From an uncultured delta proteobacterium (lineage in GTDB: Bacteria > Desulfobacterota > WTBG01), in assembly GCA_963793865.1 (NCBI GenBank), contig CAWCBP010000008.1:576001-640000 (forward strand): 64,000 nt of DNA, in the 5' to 3' direction. Position numbers and translations under genes: made by a program. Of this stretch, positions 30,425 to 41,899 are shown piece after piece. The notes under the pieces are model-generated. The model worked only from the letters and a program-made list of their open reading frames with translations, did not search any database and was not told where the DNA came from. Numbering within the stretch: the stretch's first letter is position 1; each line of letters opens with the position of its first letter.

Positions 30425-31321
30425 CTATCCTTTCTTGTATTCGTAAAAACCGCGGCCGGTTTTGCGCCCCAGATGTCCTATCTCCACCATGCTCGCGAGC
30501 AGCGGGCAGGGCCGGTATTTGGGTTCCTTGAATCCGTTGTACAGCGCTTCCTGCATGGAGAGGACCACGTCGAGCCCGATAAAATCAGCCAGCTCCAGGG
30601 GCCCCATGGGGTGGTTCATGCCCAGCTTCAGGGCGTTGTCTATCTCTTCCTTGGTGGAAACGCCTTCATAGAGGCAGAAGATTGCTTCGTTGATCAGCGT
30701 CTGAATGAGGCGGCTGGTGACAAAGCAGGGCCGGTCAGCAACGGTTATGGGGGTCTTGCCCATTTTCAGCGCCAGGCCCTTGACCGTCTGATAGGTTGCC
30801 TCGGAGGTCGCGGGCGTCCTGACGATCTCCAGAAGCTTCATCTTCTGCGCCGGGTACATGAAGTGCATGCCGATTACCTTGTCCGGCCTCTGGGTGGCCT
30901 TGGCAAGCTTGGCAATGGATACCGAGCTGGTATTGGAGCTGAGAATGCAGTGAGGCGGACAGATTTTCTCCAGGTTGGAAAAGATGTCCTGCTTGACCCC
31001 TATGTTTTCAACCACCGCTTCGATGACGATGTCGCTTTGTGCCAGGCTTTTGAGATCCATGGAAAAAGTTAAGCGGGAGGCTATCCTGTCCTTTTCCTTC
31101 CTGTTAATCTTGCCGATTTCAACCGCCCGGTCCAGGCTGGCATCAATCTCAGCCCTGGCTTTTTGCATCATTTCCTCATTGGAGGTGGTAACGACCACAA
31201 CCGTGTAGCCGGATTGGGCGGCAACCTGGGCAATGCCTTTGCCCATTTGTCCGGCGCCGACCACGCCGATGGTCTTAATGTTTTGCATCAGATCCTGCGC
31301 GCTTTTTTTCTTTGCGGTCAT
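30425..31321 (-). CDS. 3-hydroxyacyl(butyryl)-CoA dehydrogenase
   Basis: GVVGAGQMGKGIA, IEAVVE, SNTSS, GMHF, HPMGPLELADFIGLD, GRKTGRGFY. Confidence 0.93.
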   Translation of the reverse strand: MTAKKKSAQDLMQNIKTIGVVGAGQMGKGIAQVAAQSGYTVVVVTTSNEEMMQKARAEIDASLDRAVEIGKINRKEKDRIASRLTFSMDLKSLAQSDIVIEAVVENIGVKQDIFSNLEKICPPHCILSSNTSSVSIAKLAKATQRPDKVIGMHFMYPAQKMKLLEIVRTPATSEATYQTVKGLALKMGKTPITVADRPCFVTSRLIQTLINEAIFCLYEGVSTKEEIDNALKLGMNHPMGPLELADFIGLDVVLSMQEALYNGFKEPKYRPCPLLASMVEIGHLGRKTGRGFYEYKKG

Positions 31322-31467
31322 GTGTGCAAGCCCCTTTCGTATGCATTGACTGTTGCGCTGAGGAGTCCACTCATATGAATAATAGGCGGTATTGTCTTCC
31401 TATTTTTGTCAAATGTAAATTGTTTTTTTTAATTCCCGCACAGGCGGGATCCGGTTTTTATCCATAT

Positions 31468-31495
31468 GTAGGGGCGACCGGCTGGTCGCCCCTAC
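31468..31495. repeat. REP family A
   Basis: gtaggggcgaccggctggtcgcccctac. Confidence 0.85.
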
Positions 31496-31513
31496 ATATT
31501 TTCGGATCACATT

Positions 31514-32200
31514 TCATTTCTCCCGCAGCGGCTTGAAGCGGTTCATGTGCTTAAGGATAAAGGCCTTCCTTCTCAGCACGGAAGCGGTGGGGCGGAGGGG
31601 GGACCATTTGCGGGGGTTGGGGAGCACCGCTGCCAGCAGCGCCGCCTGCTCCCTGCTCACCGCTGAAGAGGAGCACCTGAAGTAGTGAATCGCGGCCGCT
31701 TCGGCGCCAAAAATGCCTTTTCCCCATTCGGCAACATTGAGATAGATTTCCAAAATGCGCTGCTTGTCCCAGAGCAGCTCTATGAGAACGGTGTAGTAGG
31801 CCTCCAGCGATTTGCGTATCCAGCTGTGCCCCTGCCAGAGGAACAGATTGCGGGCCACCTGCATGGATATGGTGCTGGCGCCCCGTAAGGGCTTGTTGTC
31901 CGCGTACTCCTGCAGCGCCTCATTGATCTGGTTAAAATCAAATCCGCTGTGGTCCAGGAACCGCTGATCTTCAGAGGCGAGGACGGCCTGCTGGAAAAAA
32001 GGTGACATCCATGAGAGCGGCTTCCACCGGTATTGCATGCCCTCCCGGTGGGCCAGCCGGTAAAGCATCAGCGGCGTAAAGGGAGGATTGACATATTTAA
32101 AGAGGATCACCTGGGCGGAGGAGATGCACAGGATGATGGCCAGAAGGATGAGACCGTTCCTGAGCCCGGATCTGACTATTCGTCTGGAGCTTATTTTCAT
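31514..32200 (-). CDS. mtgA: monofunctional peptidoglycan transglycosylase
   Basis: SEDQRFLDHSGFD, RGASTISMQVARNLFL, RKSLE, ILEIYLN. Confidence 0.95.
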   Translation of the reverse strand: MKISSRRIVRSGLRNGLILLAIILCISSAQVILFKYVNPPFTPLMLYRLAHREGMQYRWKPLSWMSPFFQQAVLASEDQRFLDHSGFDFNQINEALQEYADNKPLRGASTISMQVARNLFLWQGHSWIRKSLEAYYTVLIELLWDKQRILEIYLNVAEWGKGIFGAEAAAIHYFRCSSSAVSREQAALLAAVLPNPRKWSPLRPTASVLRRKAFILKHMNRFKPLREK

Positions 32201-32349
32201 GAGGGAGCATTGACGGCGGGTTAAGGCAATGGTGCATTAAAGCCCTTCCGGGGAACCTCTGCGGCTTAACCGGGATTTCCCGGACGGCATTTCCTTAAAC
32301 TGTTTATAAAGTAACGGGTTTACGCTTGTCAAGGCATTTGCAAAAGTAA

Positions 32350-32378
32350 TTGACAACCCGGGGATGCTCTTCTATAAG
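32350..32378 (+). promoter_or_regulatory. sigma70 promoter candidate
   Basis: TTGACA-17-TATAAG before the ABC operon. Confidence 0.5.
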
Positions 32379-32447
32379 GATGGCACAAGGGGCGTTACAA
32401 ACGTGAGATCATGACCGGACAGGTTGTTCCGGATAGGGAGGCGGTGT

Positions 32448-33680
32448 ATGGCGGATGAGAAACGCGAGGGCGGATTGCCTGATTTGTCTTCCCTCAGGAT
32501 AGAGCCCCGGGCGCGGAATAATGCACAGAGAGGGAAGCGGAGGCTGATGCTTCCGGCGGCTGTGCTGGTTGCCCTGGTTCTGCTGCTGGGCATTTTTTTC
32601 CTGGGCGCGAGAAGCGTCCAGGTGGAGGTTGCGGTGGCCAAAAGCCCCGTGCAGGGAAAAGGGGACGTGGTGCTTAACGCCAGCGGCTATGTTACGCCGC
32701 GGCGGCGTTCAACCGTCGCCGCCAAGATCACGGGAAGGGTTCAGGAAATGCTGGTTGAGGAGGGTATGAGCATTGAGGAAGGACAGGTCATTGCGCTCAT
32801 TGACGACGCGGACGCCAGAAGGCTGCTTGACACTGCCGGGGCGGAATATGATGTGGCACGGGCCACCATAGCCGAGCTGCAGGTCAACCATGCTGACGCG
32901 CAGCGCACCCTCCGCCGCATCGAAAGGCTCAACAGCGAAAAAGTTTCAAGCCAGCAGGATCTGGACAGCGCCCAGGCCGCGGTCGATGCACTCAAGGCAC
33001 GACTTGCCCTGGCGGAGAAACAGGTGCAATCTGCCCGGGCCCGCCTGGAGGTGGCGCGGCAGGATGTGGAGAACTGCACGGTGCGGTCCCCCTTCAGCGG
33101 GATCGCCGTTTCAAAGGACGCGCAGGTGGGCGAGATGGTTTCCCCCATATCGGCGGGCGGCGGCTTTACCCGGACGGGCATTGCCACCATCGTTGACATG
33201 AAATCTCTGGAGATTGAAGTGGATGTCAATGAGGCGTATATTGCCAAGGTGAGCATCGGCCAGGCGGTGTCGGGCACGCTCGACGCCTATCCCGGCTGGC
33301 AGATTCCCTGCACGGTGCGCACCATTATCCCGACAGCCGACCGCCAGAAGGCGACCGTCAAGGTGCGCATTGCCTTCGCGGAACTCGACCCCCGTATTTT
33401 GCCGGACATGGGGGTGAAGGTGTCTTTTTTAAGCGGTGAAAATTCTGCGCCGGATTCCCGGGTGCAGTCCCTGATTCCGCGGCAGTCGGTGCGGGAGATT
33501 GAAGGCCGGCAGGTTGTATTTCAGCTTCGGGAAGGAAGACTTGCCATGCGTGCGGTCAAGCTGGGTGAGAAGCGGGCGGGGGAGATTGAAGTGCTGGAAG
33601 GTATTGCTCCGGGCGACAGGGTGGTGGTTGACGGTCCGCCCCGGCTCAGGGACGGCCAGCGGGCGCAGGTAAAGGAATAG
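32448..33680 (+). CDS. efflux membrane fusion protein (MacA-like)
   Basis: N-terminal TM, ASGYV, coiled coil, VRSPFSG, EVDVNE, LPDMGV. Confidence 0.9.
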   Translation: MADEKREGGLPDLSSLRIEPRARNNAQRGKRRLMLPAAVLVALVLLLGIFFLGARSVQVEVAVAKSPVQGKGDVVLNASGYVTPRRRSTVAAKITGRVQEMLVEEGMSIEEGQVIALIDDADARRLLDTAGAEYDVARATIAELQVNHADAQRTLRRIERLNSEKVSSQQDLDSAQAAVDALKARLALAEKQVQSARARLEVARQDVENCTVRSPFSGIAVSKDAQVGEMVSPISAGGGFTRTGIATIVDMKSLEIEVDVNEAYIAKVSIGQAVSGTLDAYPGWQIPCTVRTIIPTADRQKATVKVRIAFAELDPRILPDMGVKVSFLSGENSAPDSRVQSLIPRQSVREIEGRQVVFQLREGRLAMRAVKLGEKRAGEIEVLEGIAPGDRVVVDGPPRLRDGQRAQVKE

Positions 33681-33827
33681 CAGCAGGCAGCCCGCAGAGG
33701 GATTAAAACGGCCCCCTGCCGCTTGAATAGTAAAATTGTGAGGGTACATCCGATTCGTAGCAGTGTGGCTGCCATTTCAACTGTGAGTGCTGAAGGCAAT
33801 GCCACTTTACAGACGTGGGGTTGATGG

Positions 33828-34562
33828 ATGGTACGGGTGGACGGGCTTAATGATGAGCAGGCCCTGATCAAGGTGCGCAACCTGGACAAGAAGTATCTCA
33901 GGGGAAGCGAGGAGATCGATGTCCTCCAGGGGCTGAACCTGGATGTGGACGAAGGTGATTTTGTGGCCTTCATGGGGCCGAGCGGTTCGGGGAAGACCAC
34001 CCTGCTCAACCTGCTCGGGGGGCTTGACCTTCCCAGTGCCGGCAGCATTATTGTCGACGGCGACGAGATCACCAGCATGTCCGGTCACAAGCTCGCCTCG
34101 TGGCGCGCGCGGCATGTGGGCTTTATTTTCCAGATGTACAACCTCATCCCGGTGCTCACCGCCTTCCAGAATGTTGAGCTCCCGCTGCTGCTCACCGGAC
34201 TGTCCAAGTCGGAACGGCGGAGGCATGTGCAAACCGCCCTCGCGGTTGTGGGCCTCTCGGACCGCATACATCACTTTCCCCGGCAGCTTTCCGGCGGGCA
34301 GGAACAGCGCGTGGCCATCGCCCGCGCAGTAGTGACCGATCCCACCTTTCTCCTCTGCGATGAACCGACCGGGGACCTCGATCGGGCAAGCGCGGAAGGA
34401 ATACTTGATCTCATTCACGGGCTGGTGGAACGGTATGGAAAAACCGTTTTGATGGTAACCCATGACCCGAAGGCGGCCGAGCGCGCGGGGGTTATTCTTC
34501 ACCTTGAAAAGGGCGTGCTGGTCGAGTGCCAGACAGGCGCCAGGCCGGGAGGCGCGGGGTGA
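33828..34562 (+). CDS. ABC transporter ATP-binding protein (LolD/MacB-like)
   Basis: [32 protein letters not shown]. Confidence 0.95.
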   Translation: MVRVDGLNDEQALIKVRNLDKKYLRGSEEIDVLQGLNLDVDEGDFVAFMGPSGSGKTTLLNLLGGLDLPSAGSIIVDGDEITSMSGHKLASWRARHVGFIFQMYNLIPVLTAFQNVELPLLLTGLSKSERRRHVQTALAVVGLSDRIHHFPRQLSGGQEQRVAIARAVVTDPTFLLCDEPTGDLDRASAEGILDLIHGLVERYGKTVLMVTHDPKAAERAGVILHLEKGVLVECQTGARPGGAG

Positions 34563-35698
34563 AATTTTTTCCTTTCATCTTTGCCAACCTGTTCAGAAAA
34601 AAAACCAGGACGGTGCTGACGGTGGGGTCTTTCGCCGTGGCACTTTTTCTTTTCGGCCTGCTGGCGACCATTGACACCACTTTTACCGGCGGGGTGGAGG
34701 TGGCCGGTGCGGACCGGCTGGTGGTGCTCAATAAAAGCTCCATCGCCCAGCCGCTGCCTTTCTCCTACCGGGACCGCATTCTTCAGATCCCCGGTGTGAA
34801 GGGGGTAACCTTCGCGGTCTGGTTCGGGGGCGTGTATCAGAACGAGAAGAATTTTATACCCATCATGGCGGTGGACACGGACGGGTTTAAAAAGATGTAC
34901 ACCGAGTTTGCCGTTCCGGAGGAGCAGTGGGACGCGTTTGTCCGCGACCGGGAGGGCTGCATCGTGGGACGCAGCACCGTCAACAAGTACGGGTGGAAGA
35001 TCGGCGACCGCGTTCCCATCAAGGGGTCCATTTATCCCGGAGGGTGGGAGTTTAACATCCGCGGTATTTACGACGGCACCCGGGCGGAGGACGATACGAC
35101 TCAGTTCTGGTTCCAGTACACCTATCTGGATGAGCGCAAGCAATATTTCAAGGGCATGGTCGGGTGGTACGTGGTGAGGGTGGTCCTGCCCGAAGATGAT
35201 GCCCGCGTGGCCGCGGCCATTGACGAGCGTTTTGCCAACTCCGCCTATGAAACCAGCACCGAAACAGAAAAGAACTTTCTCGCGGGGTTTGTGAAGCAGA
35301 TCGGGAACATCAGGCTCATCATTATTTCCGTCGGTACCGTGGTGCTGTTCACCCTTCTGCTGGTTACCGGCAGCACCATGGCCATGTCGGTGCGTGAGAG
35401 AACCGGTGAACTCGCGGTTCTGAAAACCATCGGTTTTACCGATGCCGCCGTCATGTTGCTGGTGCTCGCCGAGTCCCTTTTGTACGCGGTGCCCGGTGCG
35501 CTCATCGGTCTGGTCTGTGCCAAACTCTTTACCCTGCGGGGTGATCCCACCGGGGGGCTGCTGCCTTTCTTCTATCTCGATCCGGACAGGATGGTGATGG
35601 GATTCGCGCTGGCGCTGGTAGCGGGAATCGCCTCCGGAATCATTCCGGCGTTCCTGGCCATGCGGCTCCGGATCGTCGAAGCATTAAGGAGGGTCTGA
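34559..35698 (+). CDS. ABC transporter permease (MacB/FtsX-like)
   Basis: NLFRKKTRTVLT; SVRERTGELAVLKTIGF. Confidence 0.92.
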   Translation: MKFFPFIFANLFRKKTRTVLTVGSFAVALFLFGLLATIDTTFTGGVEVAGADRLVVLNKSSIAQPLPFSYRDRILQIPGVKGVTFAVWFGGVYQNEKNFIPIMAVDTDGFKKMYTEFAVPEEQWDAFVRDREGCIVGRSTVNKYGWKIGDRVPIKGSIYPGGWEFNIRGIYDGTRAEDDTTQFWFQYTYLDERKQYFKGMVGWYVVRVVLPEDDARVAAAIDERFANSAYETSTETEKNFLAGFVKQIGNIRLIIISVGTVVLFTLLLVTGSTMAMSVRERTGELAVLKTIGFTDAAVMLLVLAESLLYAVPGALIGLVCAKLFTLRGDPTGGLLPFFYLDPDRMVMGFALALVAGIASGIIPAFLAMRLRIVEALRRV

Positions 35699-35700
35699 GC

Positions 35701-36873
35701 ATGGCCCTTCCCCTCATCTACAACGTGCGCAGTGTCAGGGTGCGCTGGGCTTCCACCGCCATCGCCGTGCTGGGCATCGCCGGGGTGGTTGCCGTCTTCG
35801 TGGCCATGCTCTCCATGGCCCGGGGCTTTAAGGCAACGCTGGTGGCGTCGGGGTCTCCCGACAATGCCATTATCCGGCGGGGCGGTTCGCTTTCCGAGAT
35901 GGAGAGCGCCATTACACTCGATCAGGTCAGGGTTGTCGCGGATGCCCCGGGGGTGCTGAGAAGTCCCGAGGGGGTGACAATCATCAGCCCCGAGGTGGTA
36001 TTGATCGCCACCCTGCCCCAGAAAAGCACGGGTGTGTATGCTCTTGTCCAGCTGCGGGGGGTTTCGGATCGGGCGCTTGAAGTGCGGGAAACGGTGAAAG
36101 TTGCCAGGGGGCGGTACTTCCGGCCGGGCATCGCCGAGGTGGTGGTGGGAAAGAATGTAGCCCATACCTACCGGGACTGCGATCTGGGGGACACGCCCCG
36201 GTTCGGGGGCCGTGAATGGAAGGTGGTGGGCATACTTGATTCCGGGGGGAGCGCCTTTGATTCCGAGATATGGTGCGATGCCATCCTTCTGAACCAGACC
36301 TACAACCGGCCTGCCTACCTGTTTCAGTCGGCCACGGTGAAGATAACCTCTCCCGACGCGCTCTTTGCGTTCAAGGAGGTCCTCGGCGCCGATCCGCGCC
36401 TGACCGTTGAGGTTGAGCGGGAGCGGGATTACTATGAGCGCCAGTCGCAGGTGGTCACAACCATGATCCGGGTATTCGGTTTCCTGATCGTGGTGATCAT
36501 GGGTATCGGCGCGGTTTTTGGAGCGCTCAACACCATGTATTCGGCCGTTGCCGCCCGCTTCAGGGAGATCGCCACCATACGCTCGCTCGGGTTCGGGAGC
36601 GGCAGCATCATCGTCTCCTTTCTCTGCGAATCGGTCTTCATAGCGCTGATCGGCGGCCTGATCGGATGCCTGGCGGCGCTTCCCCTTAATGGCTTCACCG
36701 CCTCGACGCTTAATTTTCAGACCTTTTCCAATCTTTCCTTTGCCTTTCAGGTCACACCGGATTTGCTGATGCAGGGGATGCTGTTCGCGCTGCTGATGGG
36801 CGTCGGGGGGGGGCTGCTGCCGGCCATTCGCGCCGCGCGCATTCCCGTCGCCATAGCCCTGCGGGAGCTGTAG
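35701..36873 (+). CDS. ABC transporter permease (MacB/FtsX-like)
   Basis: NTMYSAVAARFREIATIRSLGF; PAIRAAR. Confidence 0.92.
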   Translation: MALPLIYNVRSVRVRWASTAIAVLGIAGVVAVFVAMLSMARGFKATLVASGSPDNAIIRRGGSLSEMESAITLDQVRVVADAPGVLRSPEGVTIISPEVVLIATLPQKSTGVYALVQLRGVSDRALEVRETVKVARGRYFRPGIAEVVVGKNVAHTYRDCDLGDTPRFGGREWKVVGILDSGGSAFDSEIWCDAILLNQTYNRPAYLFQSATVKITSPDALFAFKEVLGADPRLTVEVERERDYYERQSQVVTTMIRVFGFLIVVIMGIGAVFGALNTMYSAVAARFREIATIRSLGFGSGSIIVSFLCESVFIALIGGLIGCLAALPLNGFTASTLNFQTFSNLSFAFQVTPDLLMQGMLFALLMGVGGGLLPAIRAARIPVAIALREL

Positions 36874-36875
36874 GA

Positions 36876-39315
36876 TTATTTAAGCGGGGCGAGCAGCGTT
36901 ATGTGCGTTCCCTTATGGGGAGCGGATTTAATGATAATGCTTCCTCCCAGATAATGGAGTCGTTCCTTGATGCTGAAAAGTCCGAACCCCCGTTCAACGG
37001 CGGCAATCCCTTCAATCTGAGAGGGGTCAAAACCAATGCCGTTATCCTCGACAGTGATGTGAATCTGCCCATTTTTCCTCTTCATGGAAACCGCCGCAGT
37101 ATCTGCTTTTGCATGTTTGACCACATTATTTAACAGCTCGCTCACTGCGCGGTATAAAATTATCTTTGAGTTGTCATCCAATTGCTTTGCCTTTTTGTCA
37201 CTTTTAAACGAAACCACCATGTTGCGCTGCTTCTGAGTCTGTTCGGTAAGCCATTCTAATGCCACCTCGAGGCCGAGTTCGTGCAGGATAACCGGGCTCA
37301 GTTCATACGATAACACACGTGTGTCATGTATAGTCTTCTCCAGTAGTCCAAGGATTTCACCGGACTTTCCCCCGGCATAGCCGTCGGCTAATTCGGCGCC
37401 CATCATTTCCATCTTCATTTTTAAAATGGAAAGCGATTGTCCTATTCTGTCATGCAGGTACATTCCTATTTTGCGCTTCTCATCTTCTTCCTTGATGCTC
37501 AGCTGGTTAGCGAGAGCCCGCAACTGCTGCTGGTATGAAAAAAGTTCTTTTTCCGCAGCTTTAAGCGGTGTGATATCCACTAAGCACACCAGCACGCGGT
37601 TTAAGTCCCGCTGCTTGATTAGAAAATTGATCTGCAATATGACATTTTTTTGTACGCCCTGGAGGGTATGGTGTATAGACTCGGTCTGGAAAAAAGGCTT
37701 TCCCTCTGCAAAGGCAATGAGCGCTTCACTGGATGCAGCCAGGGATTCCTCTCTCCACACCTTATCCGTCGCCCTTGCTAATTCTTCCTTGTCCCTTGCG
37801 CCAAACAGTCTAATTGCTGCCTCATTTGCATCTATGATGGTGATCATGCTCAGTACCCTCCGGAGAAACTCCGGATGTTCCTTCAGATAGGTTCGCATAT
37901 CCCATACACCCGCTGGTTTGAGATCGTTAAAAACTGACATGACCGGGGAGATATCCTCTTCCAGTATGGCAACAAAGGCATTTTCAAATATCCTGCGGTA
38001 CCGTTCTTCGCTGACACGAAGCGCCATATCTGCCTGCTTACGTAAGCCTATGTCTCTGAAACTTGACATGGCCCCGATGATAGTTCCGGCTTTATCCTGA
38101 ATCTGATGAAGATTCATCTCAACGTCAATGATATTGCCGTCCCTTCTTTTCCAGGTTCGTTCCACCTCGGTGAGTTTCCCCTGGCTTAAAAACTCTTCTA
38201 TTACTTGTTTTGCTGCTTCTTTATCTTCCGGGCGGGTAAGGCCTAAATCAGCAAAATGTCTTCCTATGAGATCTTCTCTGGCATAATCGAGCATTTCTGC
38301 CGCCTTATTGTTGACCATGGTTATGTAGCCTCGCGCATCGCTTACCACAAGCCCCTCCATCGACGTTTCGAAGAGACGCGCTAAAAAATCCCTCGAATCA
38401 GATAACTCCTTTTCTGCCTTCTTCCTATCTGTCGCATCCCTGATGACTCCCACTGCGCCGATTTTTGCCCCTTTTTTGTCGAAGAGAGGGCTTATGGTGT
38501 CCTCCACGGGTACTACCCTGTTATCAGCACGGAGGTGATAGCTTTCCATCAGGGATATCTTTTCTCCCTGACTGAGACGCGACATAAAGCTTTGCATGGT
38601 TTGAAAAAAATCCGGACCGATCTGTATGCGTTCTCCGGTGGTTATTTCATACTCACCCTCATGAGCAGGAGAAAAGGTCACCATGTGTTGTCCGATTATT
38701 TGATCCTGTTTTTCGAACCCCAGCAACTTCAGGAATGCGTTATTGATCCGGGTAATGTTGCCTTTAGAATCAGTTATTACAATGGGATCAATCGAGCTTT
38801 CTATGATGTTATCCGAAAAATCCCTTGCTTCTTCCAGCGCTTTTCGAGCCCGCGTGCGCTCGCTGATATCCCTGATGATGCCGGTCATACAATACCTGCC
38901 GTCGAGATGATGACCGTAGTAAGAAATCTCGACCGGAAAGGTGGACCCGTTTTTGTGTAATACCATCATCTCCTGCGATAATGCGATTAAGCCGATTGCG
39001 GCGTTCCGGCCGTGCTTTTTTACCATTTCCCGCCCGTACGCTCTCATCTCTTCAATTATGAGACATTCGGGACGACCCGCCCACAATTTCGGCCGCCGTA
39101 TAACCGAACATGTCTTCCGCCTTCCTGTTAAAGAACACGATGATGCCGCCGGTGTTAATGGACAAAACGGCATCATTTGCGCTTTGCATGATGTCGTAAA
39201 ATATGTGCGACGTCGGTGTTTGGCCGGAGGATGCCTGCTGCGCCGCTTCACGTTCCTCGCGCAGTTTCTGCAGCTCTTCTATGAGCTGCGCCCTGGTTTT
39301 TTTCCTGTCGTCCAC
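36876..39315 (-). CDS. multi-PAS sensor histidine kinase (HisKA_3 type), frameshift near 39075
   Basis: four PAS-like repeats; LHDRIGQ, ELLNNVVKHA, DNGIGF, GFGL; N-terminus in ORF 39052-39315. Confidence 0.88.
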
Positions 39316-39552
39316 GCGGATGCACCTGTGTGACGGTTGGATGTTTTAACGCGATAAAGCGGGAATCTTATAGCACTTTTAATAGTATACTGCAATAGAA
39401 TAGACCGACAGGTTCTTTTCTCCCGTCAACGATGCATATTTTTTTCCACGTTTTTTCCGGATTGTGTTACACTGTCGCAGGCAGTGGACTCCCGCCGGCG
39501 GTGATAGGGCCGATTGTGCAGGGCTGATTGTACAAAGAGGAGGAAGGGAAAA

Positions 39553-39921
39553 ATGAAGGTTAAAACAGTCATTGCAATAATGTTTTTAGTCCTGGTTATG
39601 GGGTGTTCGCGGGAAATGAAGAAGGAATACTATCCCGACGGGAAGCTCAAGGCCGTGCTCAATTATAAAAAGGGCGAGCTTGACGGCGTAGCCCTGTATT
39701 ACTACCAGAACGGCAATCTCAAGGAAAGGGCCAACTATAGAAAAGGCACGCGGGAGCGCGTCAGCACAACTTATTATGAAGACGGTAATCTCAAAGAGGA
39801 AATTCACTACGCGGATGGTAAACGGGCAGGTCTGGCCAGGCTTTACGATGAAAGCGGCCGCCTGATAGGGGAGTCTGTGTACCGGGATGATCAGCTGATA
39901 AGCGAGAAGAAGCTTAAATAA
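39553..39921 (+). CDS. MORN-variant repeat (YwqK-like) lipoprotein
   Basis: lipobox VMG|C; YYPDGKLK/YYQNGNLK/YYEDGNLK repeats. Confidence 0.8.
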   Translation: MKVKTVIAIMFLVLVMGCSREMKKEYYPDGKLKAVLNYKKGELDGVALYYYQNGNLKERANYRKGTRERVSTTYYEDGNLKEEIHYADGKRAGLARLYDESGRLIGESVYRDDQLISEKKLK

Positions 39922-39979
39922 AATGAGCGGGCGACAGCATTACAGGGTACTTTTAACCGGATTTGGAAAGGAGTGAGGT

Positions 39980-41303
39980 ATGGCAAAGCATTATGACCTG
40001 GTGATTGTAGGTGGCGGCCCTGCCGGGCTGATGGCCGCGCGGGTGGCCGGCGAAAATGGTTTGCGCACGGCGCTGCTGGAACGGAAAACAACCCTGACCA
40101 CGGTACGACGCGTCGATGGCGGCGGCCTTTCCCCGATCAATGAGTATCTCTGCGGAGAGAAGCTCACCTTCAACCCTGAGGCGAAGCGGATCGGGTTCCC
40201 CGCGTCCGGATTTTCAGTCGGTATGACGGTCCCCACCGGGACCTCTATGGATTTCGTATCTTTTCACCCAACGGCACCATGATCAGCTTCGGCGACTATG
40301 AAACGCTGAGCAGGGACCCGTTGAGGAACAGGGTAGGGGTTGCCCTGGACAAGGGGCTGCTGCTCAAGGCTCTCTATGAAGATGCCCGGGCGGCGGGGGC
40401 GGAGCTGTTCCTGAATACCAATGTCACGGCCATTGAACACGGGGCGGACGGCATAACCGTGACCGGGAACGACAAGCCCTACCGGGGCAAGTTTTGTGAT
40501 TGCCGCCGACGGAATAAACTCCCGGATTGCCCGCCTGATGGGCATGAACAAGGAGCGGAAATTTATTGCCACCATGGTGGACCGGGTATGGAACATGGAG
40601 GGCATCGATATTCCCCAGGTGGTGGGCATATCCTTCATACTTACCGACTATGGAAACTTTTTCGTGTCCCGGGTCTGCCGGGAAGGGCAACTACCATGTT
40701 GGTGCTTCGTCCTATAACCCGCCGATGACCTGGATCGGGAGGCTGAATAGATTTGTCTATGAGGACCCCGTCTATTCAGACTGGTTTAAGGGGGCAAAGA
40801 AAACCGAGGAGCATGCCTGCGTGGTCAATATCCTCTCCCCGATAAAGGAGCCGTTCAAGGACAACGTCCTCTTCGTGGGCGATGCGGCCTGGCTGATGGA
40901 ATTGAGCAATCCCTTTGCCATTCTCTGCGGCTGGAAGGCTGCCAACGCAGTAACCCTGGCGGTGCTTGATAACAAGATTAACAAGGAAGGCATCATGAGC
41001 TACCTGCAATGGTGGGATGAGAAATTTTATGGTCCCCACGGGCAGGTTGAATTCAAGCCCATTCACCTGCATGATTATATTGATGCCGCGTCCACTGATT
41101 ACCTGGCAAGTCTGATCAAGGAGCCGTTTCCCTCTACCATGAATTTCTACAAGCTGTTCGGCACCATCGGCGGCGCTTACGCGGAACTCTTTCCCACCAT
41201 CGGGGAGGAGCGCCCTGACGTGATGGAGAAGATGATGGGACTGGCCAATGAAATGGATGAGATTGAACTGAAGGCGCGCAAGGCAGGCTTCCCCAACCGG
41301 TAA
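39980..41303 (+). CDS. geranylgeranyl-reductase-like FAD oxidoreductase, several frameshifts (error or pseudogene)
   Basis: GGGPAG, IAADG and VGDAA split over four ORFs; shifts near 40220, 40492, 40687. Confidence 0.8.
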
Positions 41304-41333
41304 TGTTTCCTGACAAAGAGAAGGAGGCACCCT

Positions 41334-41882
41334 GTGGCGCACTTGAAGACGACCAAAAAACCCGACATCAAGGATATGCCCGTAGAAGAGAAATGGGACC
41401 GCGTCCATGATTTCTTCACCATGGACCATGCCATCAGCTACCACACCCACAAGCGCATGGGGACACTGAAGGAATGGGTCTCGGACACGGTAGATGCATA
41501 CGGGAATATGATGGGACGATTCATGGGACCGCTCGCCGGCATCATGAGCAAGGCAGCCATGGCAATTGCCCCCAACACGGTTCTGAAGAAGGCAATCGAG
41601 GCGGTTCTTTACTCGGACCAGATGATGCACGGACCCGGTGAGTATGAGGTGTCCGAGCCACAGGATGGTACGATAACCATCCGCTTCAAGAACTGCCTGC
41701 GGCTCAAAAAGCAGAACGAAATTGTGAAGCGATGCAACCTCCCCTTCGAGGGGCGGGAGATTTGTGATGTTGAGAAGATGCACCTCACCCATCCCAACCA
41801 CCCGACAACTAAAATGGGTATTATTCCCACTGAAATTACCTGGGAGGAAGGCGGCTGTGTGTGGACGTTCAAGAAGCAATAA
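41334..41882 (+). CDS. hypothetical protein with spaced Cys residues (ATC-hydrolase/V4R-like fold possible)
   Basis: AAGGAGG RBS; FKNC...C...EIC...GGCVWTF. Confidence 0.6.
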   Translation: MAHLKTTKKPDIKDMPVEEKWDRVHDFFTMDHAISYHTHKRMGTLKEWVSDTVDAYGNMMGRFMGPLAGIMSKAAMAIAPNTVLKKAIEAVLYSDQMMHGPGEYEVSEPQDGTITIRFKNCLRLKKQNEIVKRCNLPFEGREICDVEKMHLTHPNHPTTKMGIIPTEITWEEGGCVWTFKKQ

Positions 41883-41899
41883 GAACAAGGAAGTGACTA

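Noticed and set aside
32200..32295. Riboswitch in the mtgA leader
   Set aside because: Hairpins are present (ggttaag/cttaacc) but no c-di-GMP or c-di-AMP consensus was recognised; an Rfam scan would settle it
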